Origin: an uncultured delta proteobacterium
GTDB lineage: Bacteria; Myxococcota_A; Polyangia; Polyangiales; Polyangiaceae
DNA: 64,000 nucleotides
NCBI GenBank assembly: GCA_963850305.1
Contig: CAWKKR010000006.1
Span: 160,001 to 224,000, forward strand
Reading direction: 5' to 3'
Shown: positions 42,642 through 53,021 of the stretch, piece after piece
How the letters are laid out: every line of letters begins with the position of its first letter
Numbering within the stretch: the first letter of the stretch is position 1
Notes under the pieces: model-generated
Databases searched by the model: none
Seen by the model: the letters and a program-made list of their open reading frames with translations, nothing else
What the model was told of the DNA's origin: nothing
Translations under genes and position numbers: made by a program

Positions 42642-43496
42642 TCAGTTCGGGTACGGATGCGCGGCCCATCCGGACTGCTGGGAGTAGAGCGTGTAGGTCG
42701 TGAGAACCGCGTCGTCGTACGTGGTGTTGTACACGGTGCAGCTCTTCGTGCTGCCGTAGGAGTTGTAGTCGCCGATTGCCATCAGCGTGTACTCGTCCTC
42801 CGTGCACCCGGAGAACTTCTGCTTCTCCTGCTTCCGGTTGTCGGATATCCCGTACACGCCGACGTCGATGTTGATCGCGGGGTTGTAGGTGGACGTCGCC
42901 CACTCCGGGGAGGTCGAAGCCGTCGTGAGGTTCGGGTGCCCGTTCGAGAGCAGCCCTTCCTTGTTTGCGCCGAGGCATGCGGGAACGATCTGCATGAGGC
43001 CGTAACAATAGGACTCGGCCTGTGTCCAGCCGGCGGGCGTTCCACAAGGAAGATTCGGGCACGCGACCGCATCCACGGCGAACCGCGACTCGGTGTGGAT
43101 GATCGCCTTGAAGATCATCGCGTCAGGCTCCCCGTACTTCTTGGTCGAGGCGAGGATGTCGCAGTCGAACGCGTCGCTGCCGTCGGGCGGTGTGTCGCCC
43201 GTGCGCAGCGGGTCGGTCCCGCACGAGCCCGCGTCCTCCGCGCCCGCACCGCCCGAGCCCGTCGCTGCGCCGCCGCTGCCCTTGCCGCCCGAGCCGCTGG
43301 ACGCGCTCCCGCCGGCGGCCTTGCCGCCCGAGCCCATCGATGCGCTCCCGCCGGTCCCGGCTCCGGCACCGCCAGTGGCGGCGTCCGCGTTCGCGTCGTG
43401 GGTCGCGTGTCCGCCGCCACCGCACGCGATGGAGAGAGACGCGCAGGCGGCAGCGAGCCGCGCGCCGCGCACCAGGAACGACTTTCCCGAGCCCAT
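42642..43496 (-). CDS. Lipoprotein with lysozyme-like/SLT transglycosylase domain
   Basis: SIAC lipobox; AIIHTESRF, GLMQI, NIDVG, YNS. Confidence 0.8.
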   Translation of the reverse strand: MGSGKSFLVRGARLAAACASLSIACGGGGHATHDANADAATGGAGAGTGGSASMGSGGKAAGGSASSGSGGKGSGGAATGSGGAGAEDAGSCGTDPLRTGDTPPDGSDAFDCDILASTKKYGEPDAMIFKAIIHTESRFAVDAVACPNLPCGTPAGWTQAESYCYGLMQIVPACLGANKEGLLSNGHPNLTTASTSPEWATSTYNPAINIDVGVYGISDNRKQEKQKFSGCTEDEYTLMAIGDYNSYGSTKSCTVYNTTYDDAVLTTYTLYSQQSGWAAHPYPN

Positions 43497-43605
43497 GCCG
43501 TAGAGCGTCGTTCGATCCGGCCCGGCGATGCAACTCCGAGTTGTTTTCCCTCGTGGAATCGACGGCGTCGAAGCGCATCAGGTCCAGATCCGCCGAAATT
43601 GCCCC

Positions 43606-44214
43606 GTGAGCGGCTCGAGGCTCCCTGTGAGGGGCGCTTCTCCGGCCGTGAGCGGTCGATCACCCCGCAAACGAAGCCGTTCCTTCGTCGTGAGCGGCGG
43701 ATCACCCCACGCGTGAAGCGGTTCCTTCGTCGTAAGCGACGCTTCACCCCGCGTGAGCGGCGCATTGCTCGTCGTGAGCGGTCGATCACCCCGCGTGAGC
43801 GGCGCATTGCTCGTCGTGAGCGGTCGATCACCCCGCGTGAGCGGCGCATTGCTCGTCGTGAGCGGTCGATCACCCCGCGTGAGCGGCGCATTGCTCGTCG
43901 TGAGCGGTCGATCACCCCACGCGCGAAGCCGTTCCTTCATCGTGAGCGACGCTTCACCCCGCGTGAGCGGCGCGTCGCTCGTCGTGAGCGGCGGATCACC
44001 CCGCGAAGGAAGCGGTTCGTGCGACGTGAGCGACGGTTCACCCCGCGAGCGAAGCGGCTCGTACGACGTGAGCGGCGCTTCACCCCGCGTGAGCGGCGCA
44101 TTGCTCGTCGTGAGCGGCGCTTCACCCCGCGAGCGAAGCGGCTCGTGCGACGTGAGCGGCGCTTCACTCCACGCGCGAAGCGGTTCGTGCGACGTGAGCG
44201 GCGGTTCGCTATCC
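43606..44214. repeat. Array of ~29 21-bp units with a 42-bp higher-order period
   Basis: Alternating GTGAGCGGTCGATCACCCCGC and GTGAGCGGCGCATTGCTCGTC variants, no indels. Confidence 0.95.
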
Positions 44215-44299
44215 GAGATGTCCGTCGTCCACCGCGATCATTCTCGATGGCGCCGCCGATCCGAACCTCCCTTACGGTCCGGACGCCCCTCGTCAGCCC

Positions 44300-44649
44300 C
44301 ACTCTCGATCGGTGACCGGTCGAGCGCGTCTCCGGCGGGCGATGTCGGGGCCGGTTGCGGGCGCGGGAATCGGTTCCGGGGGCGGAGCCGGGCGGAGCGG
44401 GAGCGGGACCGCCGGAGGCGGTTCTCCCGTCCCCCCCGCTGCGCCTGCGCGCCTGCATCTCGCCACGAGGCCCGCAGCCTGGCCCGGCGGCGGCAACCGA
44501 CTCTCGCCGCGCCCGTCACTCCGGTGCGTCCCCCCAAATCTGTCAGCGCTGCGAATTTGTGCGCGTTTCCGCTCCCCATCCCGAACCCGTCTCTTCTTCC
44601 GGCTCCGCTCCCGCGCCCGTCCCCGCAACCGGCCCGACTTCCAATCGAG
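44300..44649. repeat. Dispersed hairpin element, copy A (empty, MITE-like)
   Basis: Matches 55295-55415 and 56311-56536; nested inverted blocks pair its two arms. Confidence 0.85.
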
Positions 44650-44669
44650 GCTGTCGCCAGCCCCGGCGG

Positions 44670-46098
44670 CTACCCGAGCTTTCGCAGCGTGAGCGCGGCG
44701 CGTCGCGCCGTTGCTCTTCGGTCGAGCTTGCCGGCCGGCGTCGTCTCGAATGCGTTGATCAGCGCGACGAGCCGCGGTCGCCGGTGCTGCGCGAGATGCT
44801 CGCGCACGAAGCGAAGGAGGTCTCCGTCCGCAGGAGCTCCGCTTTCACCGGGGACGAGCGCGACGGCCACGAGCTCGCCCCACGTGTCGTCGGGGACGCC
44901 GAAGATGCACGCGGCGTCGACTCCGGGGCAGCGCTCGAGAATGGCTTCGACCTCCGCGGGATACACGTTCTCGCCGCCCGTGACGATCAGGTCCGAGCGG
45001 CGGCCGAGGACATGCAAGTGCCCGACTTCGTCGAGGCGTCCGAGATCGTCGGTGTGAAACCAACCGTCGTCATCGAGCACCGAGCCGACGCCCGCCGGCA
45101 CGAGGGCGCTGAGCAAGGTCGGACCACGGACCTGAATGGCGCCTTCGACGATTCGCACCTCCGTGCCGAACATCGGAGCGCCTGCGCCGCGCTCGCCGCG
45201 GTTCACGGTTCCCGCCGGCTGCGTCGTGACCTGCGAGCACGCTTCGGTGAGGCCGTATGTCGTGAGCACGGGGAGCCCACGCTCCGCGGCGCGCTCGAGG
45301 AGGGACGGGCGCGCCGCTGCCCCGCCAAGCAGGACGGCACGGAGAAAGGGAGGCGGCGACCATCCCGGCTCGGCGAGCAGCCACTCGAGCTGCGTCGGAA
45401 CGAGCGAGACGAGCGTGGTGCGCGTCGCTTCGATGGACGCGATCAGGCTCGTCGCGTCGAGCCGGCGCCCCTCGGCGACCGCGTCCGGCACCACGACGGT
45501 TTTCCGCGCGAGCAGACAGCGCGTGAGAATGGACAGCCCGCCCACGTGCGCGATGGGCAAGCCGAGGAGCCAGCGATCGTCGTCGCGGAAGCCGAGATTC
45601 GCTTCGCTCGCGCGCGCCGAAGCGACAAACGCGCGCCGGCTGAGGGCGATACCCTTGGGGCTTCCGGTCGTGCCGGACGTGAAGAGCACGGCGAGCCAGC
45701 GCTCGGGATCCATCGCGCTGCTCGGGACCGGTGCTGTGGCGTTCGGTGACCACCGCGTCCGCCGCGGCTTCCGTTGCGGTCGCTTCATCGACGTAGAGCG
45801 ACGGCTGAACGACCTCGGCCGTCGCGCGGCGTTCGGTCTCGGTGAGCCGCGGATGGACGAGTGCCTGGGGTTGCCCGAGCTCCATCAGCGCATAGACGAG
45901 CTCGAGCGCCGGCAAGCGACTCGTCCCCGCGAGGGCAACCGGGCGCGCGTCATGCCCATCCACGCCTCGCTCTCGAAGCCACGCGATCCGGCGAGCCACG
46001 CTGGCCCCGAGCTCTGCGAACGTGATCTGCCGCTCACCGACGATCAGCGCGATCTGGTCTGGCGCGTCGCGCGCGGCGTCGAGGACGGAGAGCGTCAT
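44670..46098 (-). pseudogene. menE: O-succinylbenzoate-CoA ligase, frameshifted as sequenced
   Basis: FTSGTTGSPKG, YGLTE, TDDLG, GGENVYP; the N-terminal ~115 aa lie in another frame (shift ~45710-45790). Confidence 0.85.
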
Positions 46099-47168
46099 GG
46101 GTGGGGCAACGGGGCGAGTCCCAGTCCGGGACGTGAGGGCGCGATGATTCTGGCCCCGTTCATCATCGGGAGTTCGACCTCGGGCCAGGCCGCAAGTCCC
46201 GCGTGTCGCGCGAGACCGCTCGCGCGGGTCCGTGACGCCACGGCGAACGCGAGATGCGCGGACGCCGCCAGCGCGACGGGGCCGTCGAAGAGATGCGAGA
46301 CGGTGACGTCGATGCCGCGCTCTCGCGCGTCCAGGGCCAGGCGCAGGCACGTGGAGAGTCCGAGGAACATGGGCTTGAGCACGAGCGCGACGCAGTGAAG
46401 TTCGCTGGCGCGGGCCATGAACTCGGCGGCATGGTCGCGCAGCGACTCGTCGAGGGCAATCGTGATGGGCGGGCTCGCGAACGTCCCGAGCGCCTCCGGC
46501 GGCACCGGCTCCTCGATGAACTCGGGCGCGAGCGGCACGAGTCTCGAGAGCTCCGCCTCCGCGGTTCGCGGCTCGAGGCTGCCGTTCGCGTCGAGGCGCA
46601 GCGCAGCGTCGCCGATGACATTGCGAACGCGGCCGAGCACGTCGAGCTGCGCGCCGAGCAACGGACCCTCGACCTTGACCTTGAGGGTGCGAAACCCCTG
46701 GTCAAGCCCTTCGCGCGCGCGCTGGACGACGCTCTCGTCCTTCGCACTGCCGACGTACGCCGACAGCGACACGGGCGCGCCCGCGAGCGACGCGCCGGGA
46801 TCGAGCAGCGAGCAGACCGGCGCACTCAGCCGCTGACCGAGCAGATCGAACCAGGCCGTCTCCGCGGCGAACCGCGCCGCGCAAGGCACCCCAAACAAAC
46901 GATCCGCGAGGTCCCGCAGCGTTTCTTCGTTCGATGAGCCGGGCTCGGGGAGGGAGGACCAGTCCAGAGTCGAGAGCGCGCGGGCGCATTGCTCGAACGT
47001 CTCCCGAGAATAACCGGGGAGGGGAGAAGCTTCGCCCTGTCCGATGTGTCCATCCGGGGTGACGATTTGCAAGAGCAGTCCGCGCCGCTCGGTGGTGTCG
47101 CGAGCGCCCGCACGGGCGCCCGGCGTCGGTCCGGAGTATTCGAAGACGTGGATGCGGCTGAGACGCAC
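46095..47168 (-). CDS. menC: O-succinylbenzoate synthase (enolase superfamily)
   Basis: GEASPLPGYSRE, KVKV, RLDANG, IEEP, ALDES, VLKP; start GTG 47168 or TTG 47213. Confidence 0.88.
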   Translation of the reverse strand: MRLSRIHVFEYSGPTPGARAGARDTTERRGLLLQIVTPDGHIGQGEASPLPGYSRETFEQCARALSTLDWSSLPEPGSSNEETLRDLADRLFGVPCAARFAAETAWFDLLGQRLSAPVCSLLDPGASLAGAPVSLSAYVGSAKDESVVQRAREGLDQGFRTLKVKVEGPLLGAQLDVLGRVRNVIGDAALRLDANGSLEPRTAEAELSRLVPLAPEFIEEPVPPEALGTFASPPITIALDESLRDHAAEFMARASELHCVALVLKPMFLGLSTCLRLALDARERGIDVTVSHLFDGPVALAASAHLAFAVASRTRASGLARHAGLAAWPEVELPMMNGARIIAPSRPGLGLAPLPHP

Positions 47169-47352
47169 TGAGACACCGATGTCGGCGGACCAGGTGGGCA
47201 GGCCATCAGGCAATCATGTCGCGAGGTTGGCCCTCGATATCAGATTGCCAGAGACCACATGGTTAGTCGATAGTACGTGTGGAGCAGAAGGGGCATGATG
47301 CGAACGGCGGCTGACCTTTCCCCACCCGGCGAGGAGAACTGCGATGAGAATT

Positions 47353-48991
47353 GGGTGCAGTTCCCGATCTGCTGACGAAAAACAAAGCGAGATCGATCGG
47401 TTACGACGTGTAGGTTGAAAGAAGGGGCTCATTCGCGGCAGATATCCGGTTGCGAAACAAGAACACCAACCGGAAGGAGCCCCATGGCGACGACTATCGA
47501 GCGCGCCGGACGAGATGTCCAGAGCGCGATCGAGCGCGTTCGTAGATGCGCGGAATCGAAGGACACGACGACACTTGCTGCGGTCGAGCGAGAGCTTTGG
47601 ACGGCGCTGCTTCACCTCGGGCGTGCGGTTATGGCCCTGTTTCTCGTGCGATACGCTGCCCGTCCGCGACCCTTGACCTACGAGCACGACGGCGGGCGAT
47701 TCGCGCTCGACACGGACACGCGGCGTCGGAGCGAGATTGGCACGCGGTTCGGCAAGGTCGCGTTCGTACGAGCCGTCGGGCGCCCGATCGGCGGTCGTCG
47801 TCGTACTGACCTTCCCATCGATCGCGAGCTCGGCGTGTGCTCTGGCTTCAGCCTCGGGACGGTGACGGCGGTCGTACAGCTCTGCGCGCTGATGGCGTTC
47901 GGGACGGCGCGTCGCCTGTTCGCTGAGTTTCACGAGTGGGCACCGAGCTCGCGTTCGACGCTGCGCATGGTCGACGCTGTCGGCGCCGAAGCTCGCGGCT
48001 TTCTCGACGCGGACGCTGCGCCCGATGACGACGGAGAAGTCCTCGTGATCCAGGTCGACGGTCGCGGCGCACCGATGATCTCCGCGACGGAGCACGCGCG
48101 ACGCTGTCAGCGGCGACGGAAGACGAAGGGAACGAAACGACACGGTCGCCGTCTGCGTCGACGCGAACATCCGAGGCCGCGCCGCAAGAAGGGTGACAAG
48201 AGCAAGAACGCCAAAGTTGCTTTCGTCGGCGTGATCTACACTCTCCGGGCGACGCGCCACGGATGGGAGGGACCCATCAACAAGCGCCTCATCGCGACCT
48301 TCGAAAGCCACGAGGCGCTCTTTCGCTGGCTCGCCGTACACGCCGAGCGTCGCGGTTACGGTCGCAAGCGCTGCTTCTTTCTCGCCGACGGCTCCGATCA
48401 CATCTGGAGAAACCAGCAGATCTATTTCCCGAAGGCTGTGGCGTGCATCGACTGGTACCACGTCGCCGAAAAGCTCTGGGAGGCTGGAGGTTGTCTCCAT
48501 CCGGAGGGCAGCGCGCCACTTCGGCAGTGGGTCACCGAGCAACTGGGCAAGCTGCGACGTGGCAAGGTCGCCGACGTGCTCGAAGACATGGCCACGGCGC
48601 ACAACGCGATCTCGAAGACCGGCCCCGGGAACAAGGGCCGTCGCAAGCGACTGCTCGCCATCCTCGAGTACCTCACGGCGCACGAGCAACGGATGCCGTA
48701 CGCGGCGCTGCGTCGCGACGACCTCGACATCGGCACCGGTGCGGTCGAGGGCGCCGTGCGCAACCTCGTCGGCCTCCGCCTCGATGGACCCGGCATGCGA
48801 TGGGGACGCGACCGCGCCGAGATGATCCTCCACCTCCGCTGCATCGTCCTCAACGAGCAGTGGGGTGACTTCTGTCGCCTCCTGGAACGCCGCACGCTCA
48901 AGCTTGCAGCGACGCCAATCCCTGCACGAACGCACGACGCGAAACCTCAGCAATCACGCGAGGCCGCGTGACGCAAAATGGGATCGCACCC
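47353..48991 (+). mobile_element. ISKra4/ISLre2-type insertion sequence with 9-bp target site duplication
   Basis: Imperfect IRs GGGTGCAGTTCCC and GGGATCGCACCC; ATGAGAATT at 47344-47352 and 48992-49000. Confidence 0.9.
47484..48971 (+). CDS. ISKra4-family DDE transposase
   Basis: QVDG, LADGSDHIW, IDWYHVAEKLW, IGTGAVEGA..RL..GMRW. Confidence 0.9.
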   Translation: MATTIERAGRDVQSAIERVRRCAESKDTTTLAAVERELWTALLHLGRAVMALFLVRYAARPRPLTYEHDGGRFALDTDTRRRSEIGTRFGKVAFVRAVGRPIGGRRRTDLPIDRELGVCSGFSLGTVTAVVQLCALMAFGTARRLFAEFHEWAPSSRSTLRMVDAVGAEARGFLDADAAPDDDGEVLVIQVDGRGAPMISATEHARRCQRRRKTKGTKRHGRRLRRREHPRPRRKKGDKSKNAKVAFVGVIYTLRATRHGWEGPINKRLIATFESHEALFRWLAVHAERRGYGRKRCFFLADGSDHIWRNQQIYFPKAVACIDWYHVAEKLWEAGGCLHPEGSAPLRQWVTEQLGKLRRGKVADVLEDMATAHNAISKTGPGNKGRRKRLLAILEYLTAHEQRMPYAALRRDDLDIGTGAVEGAVRNLVGLRLDGPGMRWGRDRAEMILHLRCIVLNEQWGDFCRLLERRTLKLAATPIPARTHDAKPQQSREAA

Positions 48992-49554
48992 ATGAGAATT
49001 CGAATCATATGGGGGGGCGCTCTCGTGTTCGGCGCGGCGATCGCGTGCACCACGAAGAACGCCACGGACGCTACCCGCTCCCCGACGGTCGAGTCGGAAG
49101 CGAGCGTCGCGGACGGCTCTGCCGGGCAGTGCACGCAGGTCGCGGGGGGCGCTTCTGTCTGCAAGGGACTCTGGTTCCCAGTACGGGCGCGCCAGGCGAC
49201 GACGCAGAAGACTTTAGCTTCCAGGTTGGGGACCCTGTCGTCGTGGACGTGGTGCCAGCGGGATGCCACGACGGTGCCTGCACGGAGACGCCGCGGAAGT
49301 CTTGCAGCGTCTCGGGTTCAGCGGGGAGCTACGTCGTCACACCGGACTTCTGCCTGCGGGATATCACCGCAGAGCGCCAGGCCACGCTGGGCTGTGATGA
49401 GACATGCGACGGCATCACGGCCGAGTGTCGGGCGGACGCGACGCTCGTCGCCGGGCAAAATACCGTCACCATGGGCGGCGCGACGTTCACCTTCACCGTG
49501 CCCGGGACGATGCCGCAGGATTCGGCATGCGCCGGGGCAGGCGACGCTTACTGA
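48992..49554 (+). pseudogene. Cys-rich lipoprotein cut from its RBS by the IS and frameshifted at a G6 run
   Basis: MRIRIIWGG..AAIAC lipobox; continues as RFCLQG... after adding one G at 49144-49149. Confidence 0.65.
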
Positions 49555-49558
49555 ATCG

Positions 49559-50470
49559 TCACCGACGTCCGATGGCGATTCCGATCGCGAAGAGTACGGC
49601 GTGGACGAACAGCAGTCGTGCCGTGCCGACGAGCGAGGCGTTGAGAGCGCGGCCGGAGTCCGTCATCACGCGGCGGGTGAGACGGACACCGATGGGCGCC
49701 GACGCGAGCGGCAAGAGCACCCAGGGCGACGCGGCGCGCGTGGCTGCGAGGAACACGGGAACGAGATACGCGGCCGCGACGAGCCCGGCGTATTCGATGA
49801 GCCCGGCGGTTCTGCCGAACCTCACGGGGAGCGTTCGCTTGCCGGCCTTCACGTCCGTCTCGCGATCGCGGACGTTGTTGACGACGAGGATCGCAGTGGC
49901 GAGCGCGCCCACCGGGATCGCGGCGAACCACGCGAGCGCGGGCACCGAGCCGAGTTGCACGAACGCCGTGCCGGCGACCGCGACGAAGCCGAAGAACAGC
50001 AGGACGAACACGTCGCCGAGACCGTGGTACCCGAGCGGATACGGTCCGCCGGTGTATGCGATTGCCGCCGCGATGGACGAAAGGCCAATCGCGATGACGA
50101 CGGGTCCCGCGACGATCGTCAGATAGATGCCGACTGCGAACGCCGCGCCGAACGCGACGGCCATTCCACAACGAAGCGCGCGTGGCGACAGGAGCCCTGC
50201 CTGGGCCGCGCGCACGGGCCCGAGGCGTTCTTCCGTGTCGGCGCCCTTCTCGAAGTCGAAGACGTCGTTCGCGAGGTTCGAGCCAATCTGCAGGAACATC
50301 GCGCCGGCAAGCGCCGCAAGGGCAGGACCCGCGCGGAACCCGTTCACGGCGTACGCGCACGCCGAGCCGACGGCGACCGGCGACACCGCTGCCGTCAACG
50401 TCGGTGGCCGGCACGCGAGCACCCAGGCACGTGCAGAGCCGGGCTTCGGCGAAGACACGGCCTCGCTCAC
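49559..50470 (-). CDS. menA: 1,4-dihydroxy-2-naphthoate polyprenyltransferase
   Basis: [40 protein letters not shown]...GKRTL. Confidence 0.95.
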   Translation of the reverse strand: MSEAVSSPKPGSARAWVLACRPPTLTAAVSPVAVGSACAYAVNGFRAGPALAALAGAMFLQIGSNLANDVFDFEKGADTEERLGPVRAAQAGLLSPRALRCGMAVAFGAAFAVGIYLTIVAGPVVIAIGLSSIAAAIAYTGGPYPLGYHGLGDVFVLLFFGFVAVAGTAFVQLGSVPALAWFAAIPVGALATAILVVNNVRDRETDVKAGKRTLPVRFGRTAGLIEYAGLVAAAYLVPVFLAATRAASPWVLLPLASAPIGVRLTRRVMTDSGRALNASLVGTARLLFVHAVLFAIGIAIGRR

Positions 50471-51219
50471 CGGCCGTCTCCCGGGTGCTGCGCGATGCAC
50501 CGAGACACGATGTCGGGCCGTTCGAGCACGACGTTGTGTCCGGCACCGGCGACGGATTCGACGCACGCATGGGCAAGATGTCGACTCATCTCCGCCGCGA
50601 GTGCGGAGAACTTCGCATCGCGCTCGCCGACGACCAGGGTGACCGGAATCGCGATCCGCGAGAGCACGTCCCAGTACGACGGCATGACGCCGAGCCCGGT
50701 GACGCGCAGAGACCGCGCGAGCTCGAGCGGATCGTGTGCAAGACGCTCCGCTCGCTGACGTTCGAGGACGTCGGGGGCGAGCGCGGACTGCGTTGCGAAG
50801 AGCGGCAGCGCTTGCCATTCGTCGACGAACGCCGCGACGCCGCGCTCTTCGAGCACACGACAGAGCCGTTCGTCGGCCTCGCGCCGTTCTGCGCGTTCGG
50901 TCTCCGTCCGAAGACCGGGTTGCGCGCCGACGAGGGTCGCGCTCGCGAAGAGCGTGGGATGACGGACGAGAAGCCCGAGCGCGACGCGGCCGCCGAGCGA
51001 GTACCCGGCGAGATGCCATCGCGGCGCTTCTGCGCGGAAGAGTGCCGCCAGACGATCCACCTCTTGCTCGAAGCTCGTGCTCTCGGGCGATTTATTGGGG
51101 GCGCCATGTCCGACGAGCGGCGGCGCGGAGACGACTCTGGCGCCGAGACGGCTCACCACGCCGTCGAAGCTGTGCGGGCTCCCGGTGAACCCATGCAAGA
51201 CAGCGACGGGCAGCGTCAC
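50467..51219 (-). CDS. menH: SHCHC synthase
   Basis: [28 protein letters not shown]; follows menD. Confidence 0.9.
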   Translation of the reverse strand: MTLPVAVLHGFTGSPHSFDGVVSRLGARVVSAPPLVGHGAPNKSPESTSFEQEVDRLAALFRAEAPRWHLAGYSLGGRVALGLLVRHPTLFASATLVGAQPGLRTETERAERREADERLCRVLEERGVAAFVDEWQALPLFATQSALAPDVLERQRAERLAHDPLELARSLRVTGLGVMPSYWDVLSRIAIPVTLVVGERDAKFSALAAEMSRHLAHACVESVAGAGHNVVLERPDIVSRCIAQHPGDGR

Positions 51220-53021
51220 GGAAAAGCCTCGGATTCGAGCACGGGTCTCACCGCGGCATCGACGGCGCTCGCGACTCGCGCCGCTTGAGCCCGGGCTCCC
51301 TGCGGCGGCACGACGAGCTCCACAATCGTGCACGCGGGACGCGCCAGGGCTTTCGCGAGTGCATCCTCCAGCGACGCGACCGTCGTGGCGCGTGCGTACG
51401 CGAGGCCGAAGAGCGCGGCCACGCCGTCGAAATGACGTCCATGCGGCGTGGTCCAGAACCGAAATTCGGGCTCACCCGCATCGGCAAGGGGGAGCTGCTC
51501 GAAGATCCGACCCCCGTCATTGTTCAAGATCACGACGACGAACGGAACGTCGATCGGAGTGGCTGCCGCGAACCCGCCGAGGTCGTGCAGCGCGGAGACG
51601 TCGCCGAGCAACAGCACCGTGGGGCGTCCCGCCGCGCGCGCGCTGCCCGCCGCGCCGGCGACGAGGCCGTCGATGCCGCTGGCCCCGCGCTGAGAACAAA
51701 CTCCGAGGCGCGCCGAGGGATGCGCGCGACAGAAGCAGTCCACGTGGCGCACCGGCAAGCTGTTGCCCACGACGAACACGGACGCTTCGGGCAACGCCTC
51801 GACGACGGTGCGCGCCGCGGCTCCTTCGGAAAGCGCCGGCTCGGACTCCACCACGCGCGTCACGGCTTCCCATGCGGCTTCGTTCACCTGGGACAACACT
51901 CTGCTCCAGGTTCCAGCAGCCCGTGTCGAGCGCGACGGCGTCAGCGACGCCACGAGCCGTTCGAGCGTCGTACCGACGTCACCGTGGACGATCGAGCGCG
52001 CGCTACCGAGCGGATCGGGCCAGCCGTGCGTGGAGATCACGTGGCGGGCCACGTCGCGGTGTCCGCCGAGCCAGCGTTCCCACGCTCCGGACGTGGGAGG
52101 TTCTCCGAGCTGGAGCACGACGCGCGGGTGAAACCGCTCGCGAAACGTCGGCGAGCGGAGCAAGACGTCCAGGCCGTCCAGCACCAGTTCGCGCGACAAG
52201 GAAGCGCCGTCGAACCGAAGCTGGCTCGTCGCTTCCGCGTACACGGGATACCCGGTCGCGCGCGCAAGCGCTGCGACACGCTCGCTCCGCGCGGCTCCTC
52301 CGAACGGCGCGGGCCCACACACGATGATGCCGCGTTCCTCGCGAGCGCAATCCTGCAGCGCTGGCGCAAGAGCGGGGTCCGTCGGAACGCACAGCGGCGG
52401 CACCGCGCGAGTCGCGGGCTCGCGAAGCAACGCGTCCACTCGTCGCGCCAGATCGAGCTCGTCGGAGCTCATCGCCCTCGTCGGCTCGAGCGGCTTCCGG
52501 GCGCGGATGTTCAGATGAACGGGGCCCGGCGCGGCGCCCAGGGTCTCGAAGAGGCTCTGGATCGCGCGGCGCCGGAGCCCGACGAGCGCGATGTCCGCGC
52601 CGTCGGGCATGCCGAGGTCCGCAAAACGACGGACGTACTCACCGTACAGCCGCGTCTGATCGATCGTCTGCGGCGCGCCGCAGTCCTGGAGCTCGAAGGG
52701 GCGGTCCGCGGTGAGCACGAGGAGCGGCGAGCGAGAAAGCGAGGCTTCCACGACCGCGGGGAAGTAGTTCGCCGCCGCCGATCCCGACGTGCACAGGACC
52801 GCGGCGGGACGGCCCGTGATGCGCGCGATGCCGAGCGCGTAGAAGGCCGCGGCGCGTTCGTCGACGATGGATTCGCACCGGATCCGCCGGCACGAGAGGA
52901 ACGCGGACGTGAACGGGGTGGAGCGCGATCCGGGGCTCACGACCACTTCGGTCAATCCCGCGTCGGCGAGGCTCTCCACGAGCAGGCGCGCCCACTCGGT
53001 CAGCAGGTTCGCGGCGCTCAT
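51216..53021 (-). CDS. menD: SEPHCHC synthase
   Basis: SPGSRSTP, DERAAAF, CTSGSA, TADRP, RGASGIDG, GD...HD, NNDGGRIF. Confidence 0.96.
   Translation of the reverse strand: MSAANLLTEWARLLVESLADAGLTEVVVSPGSRSTPFTSAFLSCRRIRCESIVDERAAAFYALGIARITGRPAAVLCTSGSAAANYFPAVVEASLSRSPLLVLTADRPFELQDCGAPQTIDQTRLYGEYVRRFADLGMPDGADIALVGLRRRAIQSLFETLGAAPGPVHLNIRARKPLEPTRAMSSDELDLARRVDALLREPATRAVPPLCVPTDPALAPALQDCAREERGIIVCGPAPFGGAARSERVAALARATGYPVYAEATSQLRFDGASLSRELVLDGLDVLLRSPTFRERFHPRVVLQLGEPPTSGAWERWLGGHRDVARHVISTHGWPDPLGSARSIVHGDVGTTLERLVASLTPSRSTRAAGTWSRVLSQVNEAAWEAVTRVVESEPALSEGAAARTVVEALPEASVFVVGNSLPVRHVDCFCRAHPSARLGVCSQRGASGIDGLVAGAAGSARAAGRPTVLLLGDVSALHDLGGFAAATPIDVPFVVVILNNDGGRIFEQLPLADAGEPEFRFWTTPHGRHFDGVAALFGLAYARATTVASLEDALAKALARPACTIVELVVPPQGARAQAARVASAVDAAVRPVLESEAFP

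Noticed and set aside
43606..44214. CRISPR array
   Set aside because: Intervening 21-mers are related to each other and to the repeat; it is a tandem repeat
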